A DNA stretch of 64,000 nucleotides, taken from contig NW_004797289.1 of assembly GCF_000002075.1 (NCBI RefSeq), positions 2,371,228-2,435,227 on the forward strand. The letters are read 5' to 3'. Shown piece after piece: positions 25,029 through 37,795 of this stretch (positions within the stretch are counted from its first letter, which is position 1; each line of letters begins with the position of its first letter). The DNA is from Aplysia californica (lineage: Eukaryota). The position numbers and the translations under genes were made by a program. The notes below the pieces were generated by a model. It made no database searches. It was not told where the DNA came from and was given only the letters and a program-made list of their open reading frames with translations.

Positions 25029-26739
25029 GTTTGATGATCCCAAACTCAAACTCTTTTGTATTTCTAGAACTAGAGTCTATGTTTTTTATGTCATACACAT
25101 GACCACTACTTCTAGTACTACTACTAGTCCAGTATCCATGACTACCAGCAGAAATAATACTCATTGCCTACATTATATCCATGAACAGAGCACAGTGTGA
25201 GTGACAGTGAACTAGTTTAAAGTAAGTAGTAACTGGTAGTATTAATAGTAGTAAGTTAAGTCGACAGCATAGTCATAGTATAGAGATTATCCTTTTAATG
25301 TCACACCATAAACTGTAGACTGTAAGACTGTCTATAGGCCTAAAGATAATAATAGTAGGAGGTGTAGGTGTATATATAAAATAAGTAAGTTAAAATTACA
25401 GTAGGGGCCTACATGTCTTGTTGTATATATTGTTATCAAGGAACTTGCACTTTTTTTACTTCTCACCCTCACATTATGCACACATAGGCCAAGAACTAAA
25501 ATAATACAAAAGTTCAGGGCTCCCCTTTTCAGGCTAACTTAAGAGGTTCCTTCACCCTTTGGTTTGCTATCTTAAGGGGTATTTAAGCTTAAATTTTTTT
25601 AATGGCTGTTGTTTTGTTTTTTTCCTGTCTGACAAACTAATCCTCAAAAGTCAATCATTATCTCCTAATTATATATTTTATAGTAGTAGTAAGAATTTTG
25701 CATGATCATGTAAACATTTTTACACATGCACATTATATTCCCACAGACACACACAGAGTGACCATGACTATGATTGAAGGCTAATGATTTGTAATTAATT
25801 GTTAAGTTTCATTGTAACAACAAGAAATAAAAGAGTAATATTGAACAAAATTAGAGTTGTGTCCACTTGGGGGGGGGGGGGGGGGAGGGTGGTGGTGGAT
25901 GGGCCAATCAAAAGTAAAATAAATTTGACAAACCAAAAGGGGTCAATTCTTACTGTAATACACAAAGAAAATAAACTGATTCATTTCAGAGCCATCCTAG
26001 GGTTCACATTCTGACAGTCTTTCCAGACTTTCAATTTTTTTCCCTCGTGAAGTTCTCACAACAAGCCTCCTGGATCACTTTCTTTTCATCAAATTAAAAT
26101 GCTCATATCATGCTTGCTTGCTTTCATGCCAAATGATCAGTTGGTTGTTAACAGCCTTTGTGGTCAGGTCAGTGAATTAGGCAAGATTAGGGTTAGTGTA
26201 CAACTCTTTATGTTCATTTTGATATTGTTTTTGTTTTTTTTAAAAGGCGTACAATTCATGTTTACTGTGTTTAAGAAGGATGGGGGTAATCACATGGCAG
26301 GGGAAAACTCCTCAAGGCACGACATTCGCAAATGCGAGCAACCAAAATGTAGGTGGAGTTTCTCTGCTGAAGCAAGCCGGTGTCACCGGAAACTGCGCGC
26401 AGCTGAGTAGGTAGACTGCTTCTGACACAGACACACAAACAAAAGGTGACTGCCGTGTGTGTGCGGGTGTGTTGTCACATCTTTGACTCGGCTTCGGGAT
26501 AGAGAAAGGGGAAAAATGATGTTTGCCAGACGGAGTACACCACCTAGTCTACATTTTAAAACGTATGCAAATCCCCGCAACGAATATAAAAAGTAAATCT
26601 AACGCACCATCAAAACTTAAAAGGGGTAATCTGCAGGTTTAATGCGCAATAAAGCACGACTACTGTGGGTAATATTAATGGGGAGCCTGAAATTTAGCCT
26701 ACACTACAGGAATTTTTAGTAACAGTCAGGGATAGGGAT

Positions 26740-26900
26740 GGACTTCCATAATGAGCGACCACCCCAACAAACAACAATAAAGAAGAGACCTAACCCTAAC
26801 CCTAGATCTATATCCAGCCCTCTATTCTACTCTACTCTTGTCTCATAGTGGCTATAGTAGTATAGTGGTCGCTCATTTATTATTACGGTAACGGAAGTCC
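26740..26900 (+). mobile_element. Copy of the telomere-like-tract MITE
   Basis: GGACTTCCATAATGAGCGACCAC ... GTGGTCGCTCATT...ACGGAAGTCC. Confidence 0.7.
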
Positions 26901-26940
26901 TCCCAGTGGCCAGTGATGGACAATAGACAGACACGAAACG
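26895..26940 (+). other. LSM10: Putative non-coding first exon of LSM10
   Basis: ACG|GTAAGT donor at 26940/26941 near a CpG-richer region; would pair with the acceptor at 30126. The 5' boundary is a guess. Confidence 0.5.
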
Positions 26941-27770
26941 GTAAGTCAAAGTCTTGAGGTAGATCTAGGACCAGATAGGGATCTTCTTAGCACTTGGCAC
27001 ACAAGTATAGGGCACTTGTACTGTTGTATACATAATAGATCTAAATATATACAAAAGGCACAGAGGGTCTCAGGCAGCATCCACAAAAGTCACAAATCAC
27101 CAAAGTAAATTTTCCGCGTACGAAGGGAGATGATGCTGAACTTCTGGAATACGTAAGCAGCATCATCTCCCTTGAAGAGCGGAAAACCTAACTGAATAAA
27201 AGCTGACGGAAAAACTGAAAACAAAACGGGAATGCAAGTTCTGCTTGTCTTGAATTCAAGAAATTGAAGTTTTGTCATCAATAGAGAATCGCCTGTGGCA
27301 TCTTGAGGTGTGTTTATGAGTTAAAAAGGTAAGATTGAAGAATTCCGGACCAGCGGACTGACTTTGCTTAGTGTCTATGTCTCAACCTTAGGATTAGGTT
27401 AGGATTTCATAATTTCCCCGTTTTTAATCTCAATGGAGAATCTCGGACCGGTAGATCTATTCATGAATATTTTGTCAAGGGGGAGACCCCCCTCCTCCAC
27501 CCCAACCACCCGCCCTGCCCCACCTACCCCACTTTCTCGCGGAATAATGTACAGTGGTCCGGTATTCTTCAATCTTTAAAAAAATGTACGCTAATTTGTA
27601 TTATCAAGCAAGGGCCTAACTTGTAATCTAGATCAGCAATGTTAAAGTAAGTCGATCCGTACGTTAACTGCCAGATCTGGCAACAACACATTGACAATAG
27701 ATATATCTAGCCTATGACAGTAACGTTACAAGACGGTAACTTTTGTATGAGTGTGACATACATGATACAC

Positions 27771-28977
27771 AGGCAGAGAAGATCATTGCCGAAGAGCAGG
27801 CAGGCTTTAGAGCAGGGATCAGCACAACAGAACAGATCTTCAACCTCAAGATACTGTGCGAGAGGTACCTCCAACACCAACAAAACCTATACCATATCTT
27901 CGTGGATTTTAAAAAGGCCTTCGACAGGGTCTGGCATTTAGCCTTTATATGGGCAACCATGAGGAAATATAACATCAACTCCAATCTGATCAACGTCATA
28001 CAACAATATGACAAGGCCTCCAGCGCAGTCTACCTTAACGTCACCATGGGGGATTGGTTCAGGACAACGGTTGGGGTGAGGCAAGGCTGTTTGCTCTCTC
28101 CCACTCTCTTCAACATCTTCTTAGAACGAATCATGACTGACACTCTGGAAGGCCGCATGGAACAATCAGTATTGGAGGCAGGACAATCACTAACTTGCGT
28201 TTTGCCGATGATATCGATGGATTAGCAGGAGAGGAACAGGAGCTCGCCACACTAGTGGAGCGGCTGGACACAACCTCAGCAGCCTACGGCATGGAGATCT
28301 GTGCCAAGAAAACCAAGCTAATGACCAATAACACCAATGGCATCAACGCGGATATCAAAGTCAGGGGCGAGAAACTTGAGACCGTCAACAGCTTCAAATA
28401 CCTTGGATCAATCGTCCCAGATTGCAAACAACAGCTGCGCTGTCAAAACTGAAGCCTATTTGGAGGGACAGAAACATCACGCACAACTGAAAAATTAGAC
28501 TAATACGCTCACTGGTCATTTCAATATTTATATATACGCCTGCGAGTCATGGACACTAACAGCAGAATTAGAGAAAAAGGTTCAGACCACAGAGATAAGA
28601 TATTACCGCAGACTCCTTTGACATTTCGTACAAAGGCCACATTTCAAATTCTGAGGTACGAAAGAGAATCACCAACGCAGTGGGGCAATATGAAGATCTA
28701 CTGACCACAGTGAAGAGACGAAAATTAAAATGGTATGGGCATGTCACAAGATCCACAAGACTTGCCAAAACAATCCTGCAAGGAACCATACAAGGAAAGA
28801 GAAAGAGAGGAAGGCAGAGAAGGAGATGGGAGGACAACATTACAGAGTGGACAGGAAAGACGATGGATGACAATCTGAGGAAAACAGAGGACAAAAATAG
28901 ATGGCGAGAGCTGGTTTTCAGATGCAGTGGTGCCCCCACGGTTGCCCCAACCACGGGATAGAAGAAGAAGAAGAAGA
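27771..28977 (+). mobile_element. 5'-truncated RTE-clade LINE (RT fragment, frameshifted) in the putative LSM10 intron
   Basis: EEQAGFR, FVDFKKAFDRV, GVRQGCLLSPTLFN, RFADDI, FKYLG, KWYGHV...RGRQRRRW; (GAA)n tail. Confidence 0.93.
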
Positions 28978-29621
28978 TTTGAGTGAATTGGACCCTTTTT
29001 TATAGTAGTAATATAGCCTGCACTGGTACGTGCAATAATGGATCAATAAAACTGTTAACGAATGCTTGGATTTAATTAAATTGAAAGTCAAGTCATATAT
29101 GACTTCGTTGTACCTGAGGTTCAGTGTAATATAAACCAGCATGAACTACTCTTTTCATGCAATAGGTTTTTGGCTTTTTTGTTTCATCCTCTGCAAAAGC
29201 TTCAGGTATCCACTGAAAATAACCCCAACTCCTTCAGTACTGTATAGTCAGCATTGTGTAGAATCTATTTAAATCTAGTTCATGGCTCCAGGTGCACCTA
29301 CTAATAAACACCATTATTAACTCTCCTGGTCAGACGTACATCAATCAGTATGAACATATAAGGCCTAACTATAAGGCTATTATAAAGTAAAGGAATAGGC
29401 ATGGTGCAGCAGAAAAACTGGGAAGAAGGAACTTTAGATGCAACCCCAGAAAGGAGGTGACCAACTGTGAGCAAAAAATTCTGAATAGAATATATATAAC
29501 AACAGTATATTTTTTAGCTTATATGAGAGTTGAGTTCAGTAACTCGTGACCTCAGTGCTTTCTTGTCGTGTATCTCCTTTTTTTTAACAGTGAAAATATG
29601 TTCTTAAGCTCACTCTTTGTT

Positions 29622-29717
29622 ATGGACTGTTTTCACTGTTATATAAAATGGAGATAAGACAAGCAAGCATGGACTGTTTTCACTGTTATATAAAATGGAG
29701 ATAAGACAAGCAAGCAC
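29622..29717. repeat. ~47-bp tandem duplication
   Basis: ATGGACTGTTTT(T)CACTGTTATATAAAATGGAGATAAGACAAGCAAGC x2. Confidence 0.9.
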
Positions 29718-30148
29718 TGGGGGCGCGAACTTCAGTAAGAAAAAAACGAAATATAATCGCTTATGTTTACTCTTTTTTTTTTTTGGTAAGAGTTTTAACT
29801 TAAAAGGCGCTCGCAACTGCATACGGTCATATGAGTGGTTGTTTTCACTTTAACCATTTTCATTTTATTCTTGAATGAGGGTGTATTAAAACTGATGTTT
29901 AAATCTTTGAAAGTTGTGTGCATTTTTTGTACTGCAAACAAAACTAAAGGGTCAACAGTCAACAGGCCTTATGTGGAAGTGGAAGCGGTCTTTTCTGTCA
30001 GATGTTTTATAATCTTCAGACTGATTTTTACGATGTTTTTAAAATTTTCACCTCAACTCCACACAAAATTATGTGTCTGATATTGTGTGATTCTAAATGC
30101 CTGCTTTTTTATTTTGTTTGTTTTAGGTCAAGCAATAAATTCCTAGTC

Positions 30149-30595
30149 ATGTCTCTGCTTGGTGCCCGCAGCAAGTTTTACTTTTACAACACCATGGTCT
30201 GCCTGCTGAAAGTTTTGGAGGGGAAGAGGATCAAGGTGGAAATCAGAAACAGCATCACGGTATGTGGACAGCTGGACACGGTGGAAGGTTCAATGGCCTT
30301 GAATCTCTCAGATGTTGTGTGGACCGATGTGCTTGGGAGACAGATTCGATTTTCCAAGTTTTACATTAAAGGCAGACAGATCGTTTACGTGCACATCCCT
30401 GATGAGATTGACATTGTGCATGCCATGAAGTGGGAGCTCAATAAGACTGAATACTTCATGAGTAAAGAGAGAAAACAACAGACTGAGGCATTTGAAAGAA
30501 AGCAGAAAATGAAAGAAAGAACTCGACAAAGAAATGATAAAAGAGAACAAAGATTTCAGCAAAGATCTGACAGAGGGAGAGGGGGGAGGAGTTGA
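30149..30595 (+). CDS. LSM10: U7 snRNA-associated Sm-like protein LSm10, 148 aa
   Basis: NTMVCLLKVLEG...VEIRN...GQLDTVE...KGRQIVYVHIPDEIDI matches the LSm10 pattern (NSLIILL..., GRNVRYVHIPD). The ATG follows a strong acceptor at 30126. Confidence 0.92.
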   Translation: MSLLGARSKFYFYNTMVCLLKVLEGKRIKVEIRNSITVCGQLDTVEGSMALNLSDVVWTDVLGRQIRFSKFYIKGRQIVYVHIPDEIDIVHAMKWELNKTEYFMSKERKQQTEAFERKQKMKERTRQRNDKREQRFQQRSDRGRGGRS

Positions 30596-31884
30596 AACTA
30601 TTTGATAAAGTTACACGTGCTTGTACATTTTTATGTTTCGTATTTTGTTTTTTAAAACTTGAACAGTTTCTTGTTCTTTTTTTGTGAGGCAGCATAGTGA
30701 AATCACTTGATTGTTCAAATAATGGAATTGAAGAAACCGGCATTTTTCCGCCGGTATGTCTGTCTTTATTAAAAATTTTATTTTTGACTCAACCCCCTCT
30801 ATGTCCATTTTATTCACATTTATGTGTGGAGTTAACTGAAAAATGTTGATTAAAGGTACAACAAATGTATAGTCGATCACAGTTTCGAAAGACTCAAGCT
30901 CTGGAAGTCACTAATTTTCTCGCTAATTTTACCCCCATCTCCTTTAACTCACTATTCCCAAGTAATTATGAGACATAGACATGCCGGCCGCCCGGAGGCC
31001 GAATCCAGTATATTTATGGGATGGGCTTTAATAATCGGTATCGCTTTTGTTTTTTGGTTACAAGCGACAGGAAGTGATAAGCCAACAGTTAACCCACTTG
31101 TTTCGTTGTGATACTTTTTGAGCTGTAATAGACTAAGTTAGTCACCTTCGCATCGAGATAGAAACTCGGTGAACAGAAACAAAGCCGTGATTGTTTTAAG
31201 AGTGGAGATAGCCTCTCAAAGACATAAACAGAACTTTTTTGAAGTGTTTGAAGGGTCTGATAGTGAACTAGAAGGCTAAAGCTCTTTCAATGTCCCACAA
31301 AACTTACTAGAAGCTGCCAGATATATGAAATGGACTGTAGCTCAAGCCATTAACTATTGGAGTCGGAGTTTGGTGAAAGTGAAAGTAGGAATAAGAATTT
31401 TCTTTCTTCTTCTTCCTAGTCTAATCCAAGCAATATACAAATCTAGTAGTTCTAGTTGTGGGAACAGTAGCACTAAATCTATTAGTTGCAGGTACTACAA
31501 TGCGCAAGGTGGGAAAATGACAGTAGTATCCCAGTGTGGACTTCAGACAGAACTACAGGAACAAGGGTACTTTCACACCATTTGCGAAATGCATTATGAA
31601 CTCACACTGGGACTCAATTTCATGCTTCCACACCAGACTCAACATACATGTAAGGATTACCCGCTTGTTTTTAAGTTATTCAGAAAATGTTCTGTAACAT
31701 AGGCCTAAAGAAGTAATATGAACACTCCATGCAGGACAGTTATTTTTTGATAGATGTTTTTAAATTACAAATAGAGCGTCCCAAAAAATTGTGTAACCCC
31801 CTGACATTACCATTTCAAAATATTGATAAAATAAAAATTACTGGGACAAATTAGAAGCAGTTTTCTCTTTCTGTGAGAGTATTT

Positions 31885-32275
31885 GTGTTACGACGTGGTG
31901 GAATCAGGCGCTCGTCAATTTTTGGGTATATTGAGTTATTGGTACCTTTATAAGGCTTGTTCATTTGTATTGCTTGTGATAAAAGAAGTACCCATCTATC
32001 TTGAAAAGAAGTAAAGATTTGCAATTGAAGCTGCCAAAATCAGGTGTAGGCCTATTATATAGCTTGAGAGACTTGGAAAGAAATAATTGTATTTGTGTGC
32101 CTTTTATCAACTTTTTTTCATTGAAATTTTCACCAAAATGTATTTTTCAACAGATTTAAAATGTGTTGAACCAAAAAAAAGAATATTTGAAAAAAATTGC
32201 ACAACCTGCGGAAAAATGCAGATTTCTCTGATTTAATTATTTTGACGAGCGCCTGATTCCACCACGCTGCCTCAC
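31885..32275. mobile_element. Sola1-like MITE
   Basis: ~30-bp TIR CGTGGTGGAATCAGGCGCTCGTCAA; 4-bp TSD ATTT (AWWT target is typical of Sola1). Confidence 0.75.
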
Positions 32276-32663
32276 ATTTCTTTCTTTTGTTGCCTTTTTA
32301 AAATTATGATAGCTTTCACAGACTTTTTGTGGTTAACAATTCAGTATACCTCAAAACTGTCAGGCTGCAATGGTTGCTGGGTGAAAAATAGCTCAGGCTC
32401 AAGTGAGTTAAACCCAAATGTTTCGACTTCTATGCAAGATAGACGGGTATCTTTTTCATCAAAATCAAAAGCAAGACCAATGAACAAGCTTTAAGGTGAT
32501 ATCAATAACTCCATACACCCAAAAATTGACGGCTGCCTGATTCCATGGCATCCTGACGCACTTATCATGGACAATGCATATAGAACATTTTGGATAATGA
32601 ACTTGAACTGTCTTGCAGAAGTTTGAAGTTAAGATAGATCCAAAGGGAGTTTTGATATTTTTC

Positions 32664-33845
32664 TAAATAATAATAAAATAATGCCAATGGATTGCATTTA
32701 TATAGCGCATATCCACTTATGCAATGCTCTATGCGCTTAACATGATACATATTATGGATTTACAAATCAATTTTAAAGGTACATAGTGTTACATACTTGT
32801 GCAAACACATATTCACTCATGCACGCACCACACACACATACATACACACATACGTACATATGCACATACGCACATACAAACTCACAACGATCTACAGCTT
32901 GGATGGATTCTGTCTAATCGAAATAGGATGAAAATAGAAATGCTTTTAGTTTCTTCTTAAAAATTTCTAGATTTTCTGCTTCTCTGATAGTTTTTGGAAG
33001 CCTATTCCAAACAAGTGGGGCAAAATATGAAAAAGAGCGGTGGCCATATGATTTATAATTTATTTTAGGCTTAACAAGGGTTGTTTTGTCACTTGATGAT
33101 CTGAGCGTTCTAGGAGGCACATAGGGTGTTAAAATCTGTTTTAGATAGTCCGATGATAAATCATTTAAGCACTTGTAGCAAGTTAAACAGATTTTATATG
33201 TGATACGCTCTTTCACTGGGAGCCAGTGTAATGCTTTTAAAATAGGAGTCACATGATCATGCTTTAGTTTTTTAGTAATTATTTTGGCAGCAATATTTTG
33301 TACTCTTTGTAGTTGTTGTAACTGTTCATCAGGTACACCAGCCAGTAAGGAATTGCAATAATCAATCCTTGACAATATAAGTGATGTTGTTAAAGTTTTG
33401 GTGACACCAACAGATAGATATTTTCTAATGCTCCCTATTTTCTTCAGCTGGAGATATAGATTTTTACAAAGATTGGATACATGGTATTTCATTGACATGT
33501 CTTGATCTAGCACCACACCTAAATTTTTTATTTTAGTTTGGGCTGATATTTCGTGGCCATTGATGTTTATTTTGATATTGTCGATTTCATTGCATGCGCT
33601 GCTACGAAGAAATAATATTTCGGTCTTATCCTCATTTAATTTTAATTTGTTCTTGAGCATCCATTTTCTTATATCATTGATACATCTGGCGATTCTATCT
33701 ATGAGATTGTGTACATTGTCAGTTGTAGTGAATCCATACAGCTGTGTATCGTCTGCATAAAGATGGTAATTGAGGGCATATAAAGAAATTATTGATGACA
33801 GACTTTGCGTGTACATATTGTAAAGATGACAGGACCAAGGACCGA
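32664..33845 (-). mobile_element. 5'-truncated L2/CR1-group LINE; RT C-terminal ORF open to the stop at 32914
   Basis: SVLGPVIF (then a 2-nt frameshift), YADDTQLY, LKLNEDKTE, SRIDYCNSLL, LHWLPV, RTLRS; 3' UTR with AAGCGCATAGAG...GCGCTATATAAAT tail and (ATT)n. Confidence 0.93.
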
Positions 33846-36199
33846 ACTTTTCTTGTCCTTTCTGAATCTGAAATCCTTCCTGTCTGCTTGTCACCGAACC
33901 TAGTGATCTGTATTTCGAGTTTTGTACTTTGTCTTGTTTGACATGGCTCATTTTGATTTAACTTTAGTTACTATACTGATCCATTTATTATTATGATGTT
34001 ATGCAGAATGCAATTTTAAGTTTGAAGCTTTTTTGCTAGCTTCTGTTCATTTCAAGGCTTGTGTTCCTATATTTATACCATGTGGGTACTGCTCATACGG
34101 CATCTGTGGTGTAGCATTTAGGCACTTTGCTGTTGCATGCAGGAGATCCAAGTTTGATTCCCGAGTTTTAAGAAATTTTGTTACCCAGTATCTTGGCCTT
34201 TCTGCTCGAATGTTATATCCCTCTCAATCCAGGTTGGCCCTGATACAGACAGAAAAAAATAACGGATTGTATATATATGCCAAGTGATGTGTATGTTACA
34301 TGTTTGTGTTTTCACTTAATAGGTTGTTTTCATGCTTTTCTAGTAGCGGTACAAAAAGCTAAAGAAAATGGAACCTCCTTCAATGACTTTTCATTTGAAC
34401 AAGGAGGGAGAAATGACATTTTATGTTAAATTTTGAAGGCCAAATATTTTGTGAGTGCAAATTACAGCAAAGGAGACAAACGTTGTTTGTGTATAAATGG
34501 GAAAGCTGTGCTACACTTTCTTAAATGCATTTTGCGTGTTGTACTGCATGATATGACCTGATCTTTTAATACCATTATTCGTTATTAGCGACACAAGCAA
34601 GTGTTGAAATATATGCCATAAACAGCAGAACATTCATTTTGAAATTGATAGATCTTTCAAGGATTGTCTCAATAAAGCTGCGGACCACAGGTGTCAAACT
34701 CAGGATCCACGGACCACATCTTGACGAGCAAAAAGTTGAATCTGAGCGCACGAGTGAATTTTAGGTAGATCTAGTCCATCCTGAGCTAAGAATCTCTATA
34801 ACACAGAACCTTGCTCCAAACATTAATGAACTTGTTGTCAAGAAAAGATGCCGAACATCCAGCTCTGACAAATTGGCCTAAAGGTGAAATTTGGTATGCC
34901 TTGATTTGTTATAATTTAATTTAATTTTCTTTTTAGAAAAAGGTTTAGTTTTTCCACTGCTCAGTGAGTGATTATTCAATTCTCCCAGCAACCTTTAGTG
35001 TAGCTTGATTTTGGCCCCCTGAATGATTGCGTTTGACCCTGTCTGTAGTGATATAGTACCGTACACAGAGTGTAAATGTTGGGGACTCCTGTTTTAGATC
35101 AAGAAAAACGGTCTGAGATTTCAAGTTTTGTATGGTTTGAACCTCTCTTAGAGGAACTGTCTGTCGTATGATCAAAGTTTCGAGCTTTTGTGTCTTTCTT
35201 TTTGTATAACTGGATACTTGGAAGGTAATCAGGGGCTACACTCCGTTATTTTGTTTCTTTGGGATTTTTACAGACAGGGAATTTCTCACTGTGGTTCGTG
35301 TGAACAAACAAGATCTGTTGATGTGAATTACAATACATTGTGATGTGAATGTGGCCAAGTTTCTACTGTAAAGTAGTCAAATTTGTTATAAGTTGTATTT
35401 TGTTGTTTTTTGAAGTTTTGACCCGAGTTTTAGCTTTGCGCTGGTTGCATTCTTGACAGGTTTCACATTCAGATAAAATAAAATTTTACAATTTTAAAAC
35501 TGTCTTGTTGTTAAAATGTTTGCATTGCGTCAGTGAATGGAATTTTTAAAAATCCATGTTGTGCCTAGATTTAGTTCTTAATGAATATATATGGAAAATA
35601 TGGCTTAATTTGAAGGAGAACTGTTACAAATCTTGTTGCTGTCATGGAGTTATAATTTGGTCACACAAACTATTGCTTACCCATTTCTTGAAGCGTGTCA
35701 AATTATTCTATGATATGAAAATGTCTCTTCTCACTCTTTACATTCAGGTTTCATCGTGATGAACCGGCAATAATGAACTGCATCTAATGGAAGTGTGAAA
35801 ACAAAAGTGGGTGAATCTGACATCATAGTTTTCTGCGTGGAAAATTTCAAAATTCTACGCCCAATTTTACCCCCAAAATGACCAAATTGTGCAAAATTTC
35901 TGCAAGGATTAGTCGGATTACAACCATATCTAAACTTCTGTTTCCATATATATATGGCTTTAAATGTATATAAGTACCAATTAATCATAAGCTGAGGAGT
36001 AGCACTACAGACACTGTAAATAAAATTTTAACCCCCCCACCCCCCCCCAGCAATTAGCAGCATTCTGAATTATTGTTGTTTAAAAACACAAGCCCATAAC
36101 ATAAAATTAAAACACTAGCAAAAGTGTGACCCAAAGAAATAGACACTATACCAAATACCAGTGATTTCAAAATCACTTGAGCTGGCAGTTTGAGCTTTT

Positions 36200-36445
36200 G
36201 TCATTAATTGTCAGGAGGCGTTGAAGACAAAAAAGACAATACGTTGTTTTCCTTGAGAAAAAAGAAGTCCTAGGAACATGGGCAGAATATGTAGGAGAAT
36301 TATTTAAAGATAAAAGACCACCCCTACCACAACCAAGCGACAACACTGGTCCCAACATTCTTAAGTCAGAGGTAGAGCTCGCAATTAGAATTAGAAACAC
36401 CCCAGATAGAAAAACCCTCGGTGAAGATGGCATAAACACAGAATG
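36200..36445 (+). mobile_element. LINE (RTE-like) internal fragment
   Basis: WAEYVGELF...PNILKSEVELAIR...GEDGI linker region upstream of RT. Confidence 0.55.
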
Positions 36446-36721
36446 CCCATCCACCGTCGATTTACGGGTGTGTTCAAGTACATTGCATAATACGTACTAA
36501 CGGAACAGTTTTCCGGAAAACACATTTGTGCTTTTGGTAAACTGAAGTTCAGCGGCATTTGTTTTCAACGCATTCTTTCCTTTCAAAAATGTATCCGATC
36601 CAATTTTTTGCTGAAAGACAAATCTCGTCTCGCCTGTATTCCTAGTCCTAGATTCTATAACAATAGCCGCTACTAGCGCATGCACAATAGAATCCAGATA
36701 GAACGCAGTGCTACTGACTGA

Positions 36722-37105
36722 AGTGTTTTTAGGCTATTCCCAAAAGGGGGGATATTAACATGTTTTTCTTGTCGCACAGTAGAATTGTAATTGGGCTGAT
36801 TTATCAATATCATGCTCACACTGTTCCGGAATAATACCGGAAATAGGGGGAACTGCTGCTTTTTCTTTCCTCATCCTTGCCTTACTAATCTTTACTATTG
36901 TCATTTTTTCATCTACTTCTTTTGTATATTTGTCACTCTCTTGTGAACTGCTATTTCCGGGGTGCCTTGATAGTCGAAGCAGACTTTGCACTGTTGGGGC
37001 CAGTGAGGTGAGCAAAGTCCTGATTCCCCGTAGATGACCTCTGTTGACATCCGCCCCTTGACCCTTATGACCTATGCAGTTGTGAGCGCTGTAAAAACTT
37101 ACTAA
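36722..37105 (+). mobile_element. Retroposon family B (shares the SINE 3' tail)
   Basis: Near-colinear inverted copy at 48889-49285; tail ATGACCTATGCAGTTGTGAGCGCTGTAAAA. Confidence 0.75.
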
Positions 37106-37795
37106 TACGGGCTCACTACGGATGGGATCGCCCGACTCGGTCGCCTCAAAAACAAACGTGTTTGTTTTCAGTTTCAGGCGATCGGGTTAGGGCGATCCAG
37201 CCGTAGTGGGCTCCCCGTTAATCGTAAAACAATAAAGAATCTAGATCTAGATCAATTTTGTTTCCCCCCCAAAAAGTGCGCCCTTATTTCCGGATTCCGG
37301 TGAGAGGGAGATTACTCTGTCGTCAGCTCGCTTTAGTTTTATTTTTTTCTCGCAATTCTACGTCTGAAAGCATAATAATGCAATTTTGCAAAAAATCAAA
37401 ATTCTGCGGCCGCCCCGCGGGTGAAATTCCGCGGCGTGGTAGATCCATTATTCCGCGGCCACGCTGCGGTTGCAGCGCCCGTGGAAAACTACGATGTCGG
37501 GTGAATATAATCACTCTCCACTTTTTTGCTGTCATGAGTTCTCCACAAGGCTATACCCTCAGACATGATTGAGTCCCTTTTAACATCAAATAAACCAAAC
37601 TTTCAACAACACAAAAGCTATAGAATTAATGATGATATGATTGGAAATGTTTTACACCCCCATCAACACATTTTGCATCATTCAGCTTGATGAAAAAAAG
37701 AACCTCATCACTCAAGAATTGAACTCACTTCTTCTGCATGCTATGACAAAGACCACTTACACCACATGATGATAAATGTTTGTCATAGCACATTT

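Noticed and set aside
30002-30148. N-terminal extension of the LSM10 ORF in the ORF track
   Set aside because: It runs through an intronic pyrimidine tract and acceptor; the ATG at 30149 fits LSm10.
33846-33951. N-terminus of the 345-aa RT ORF
   Set aside because: It lies beyond the LINE 5' truncation point, so the read-through is fortuitous.
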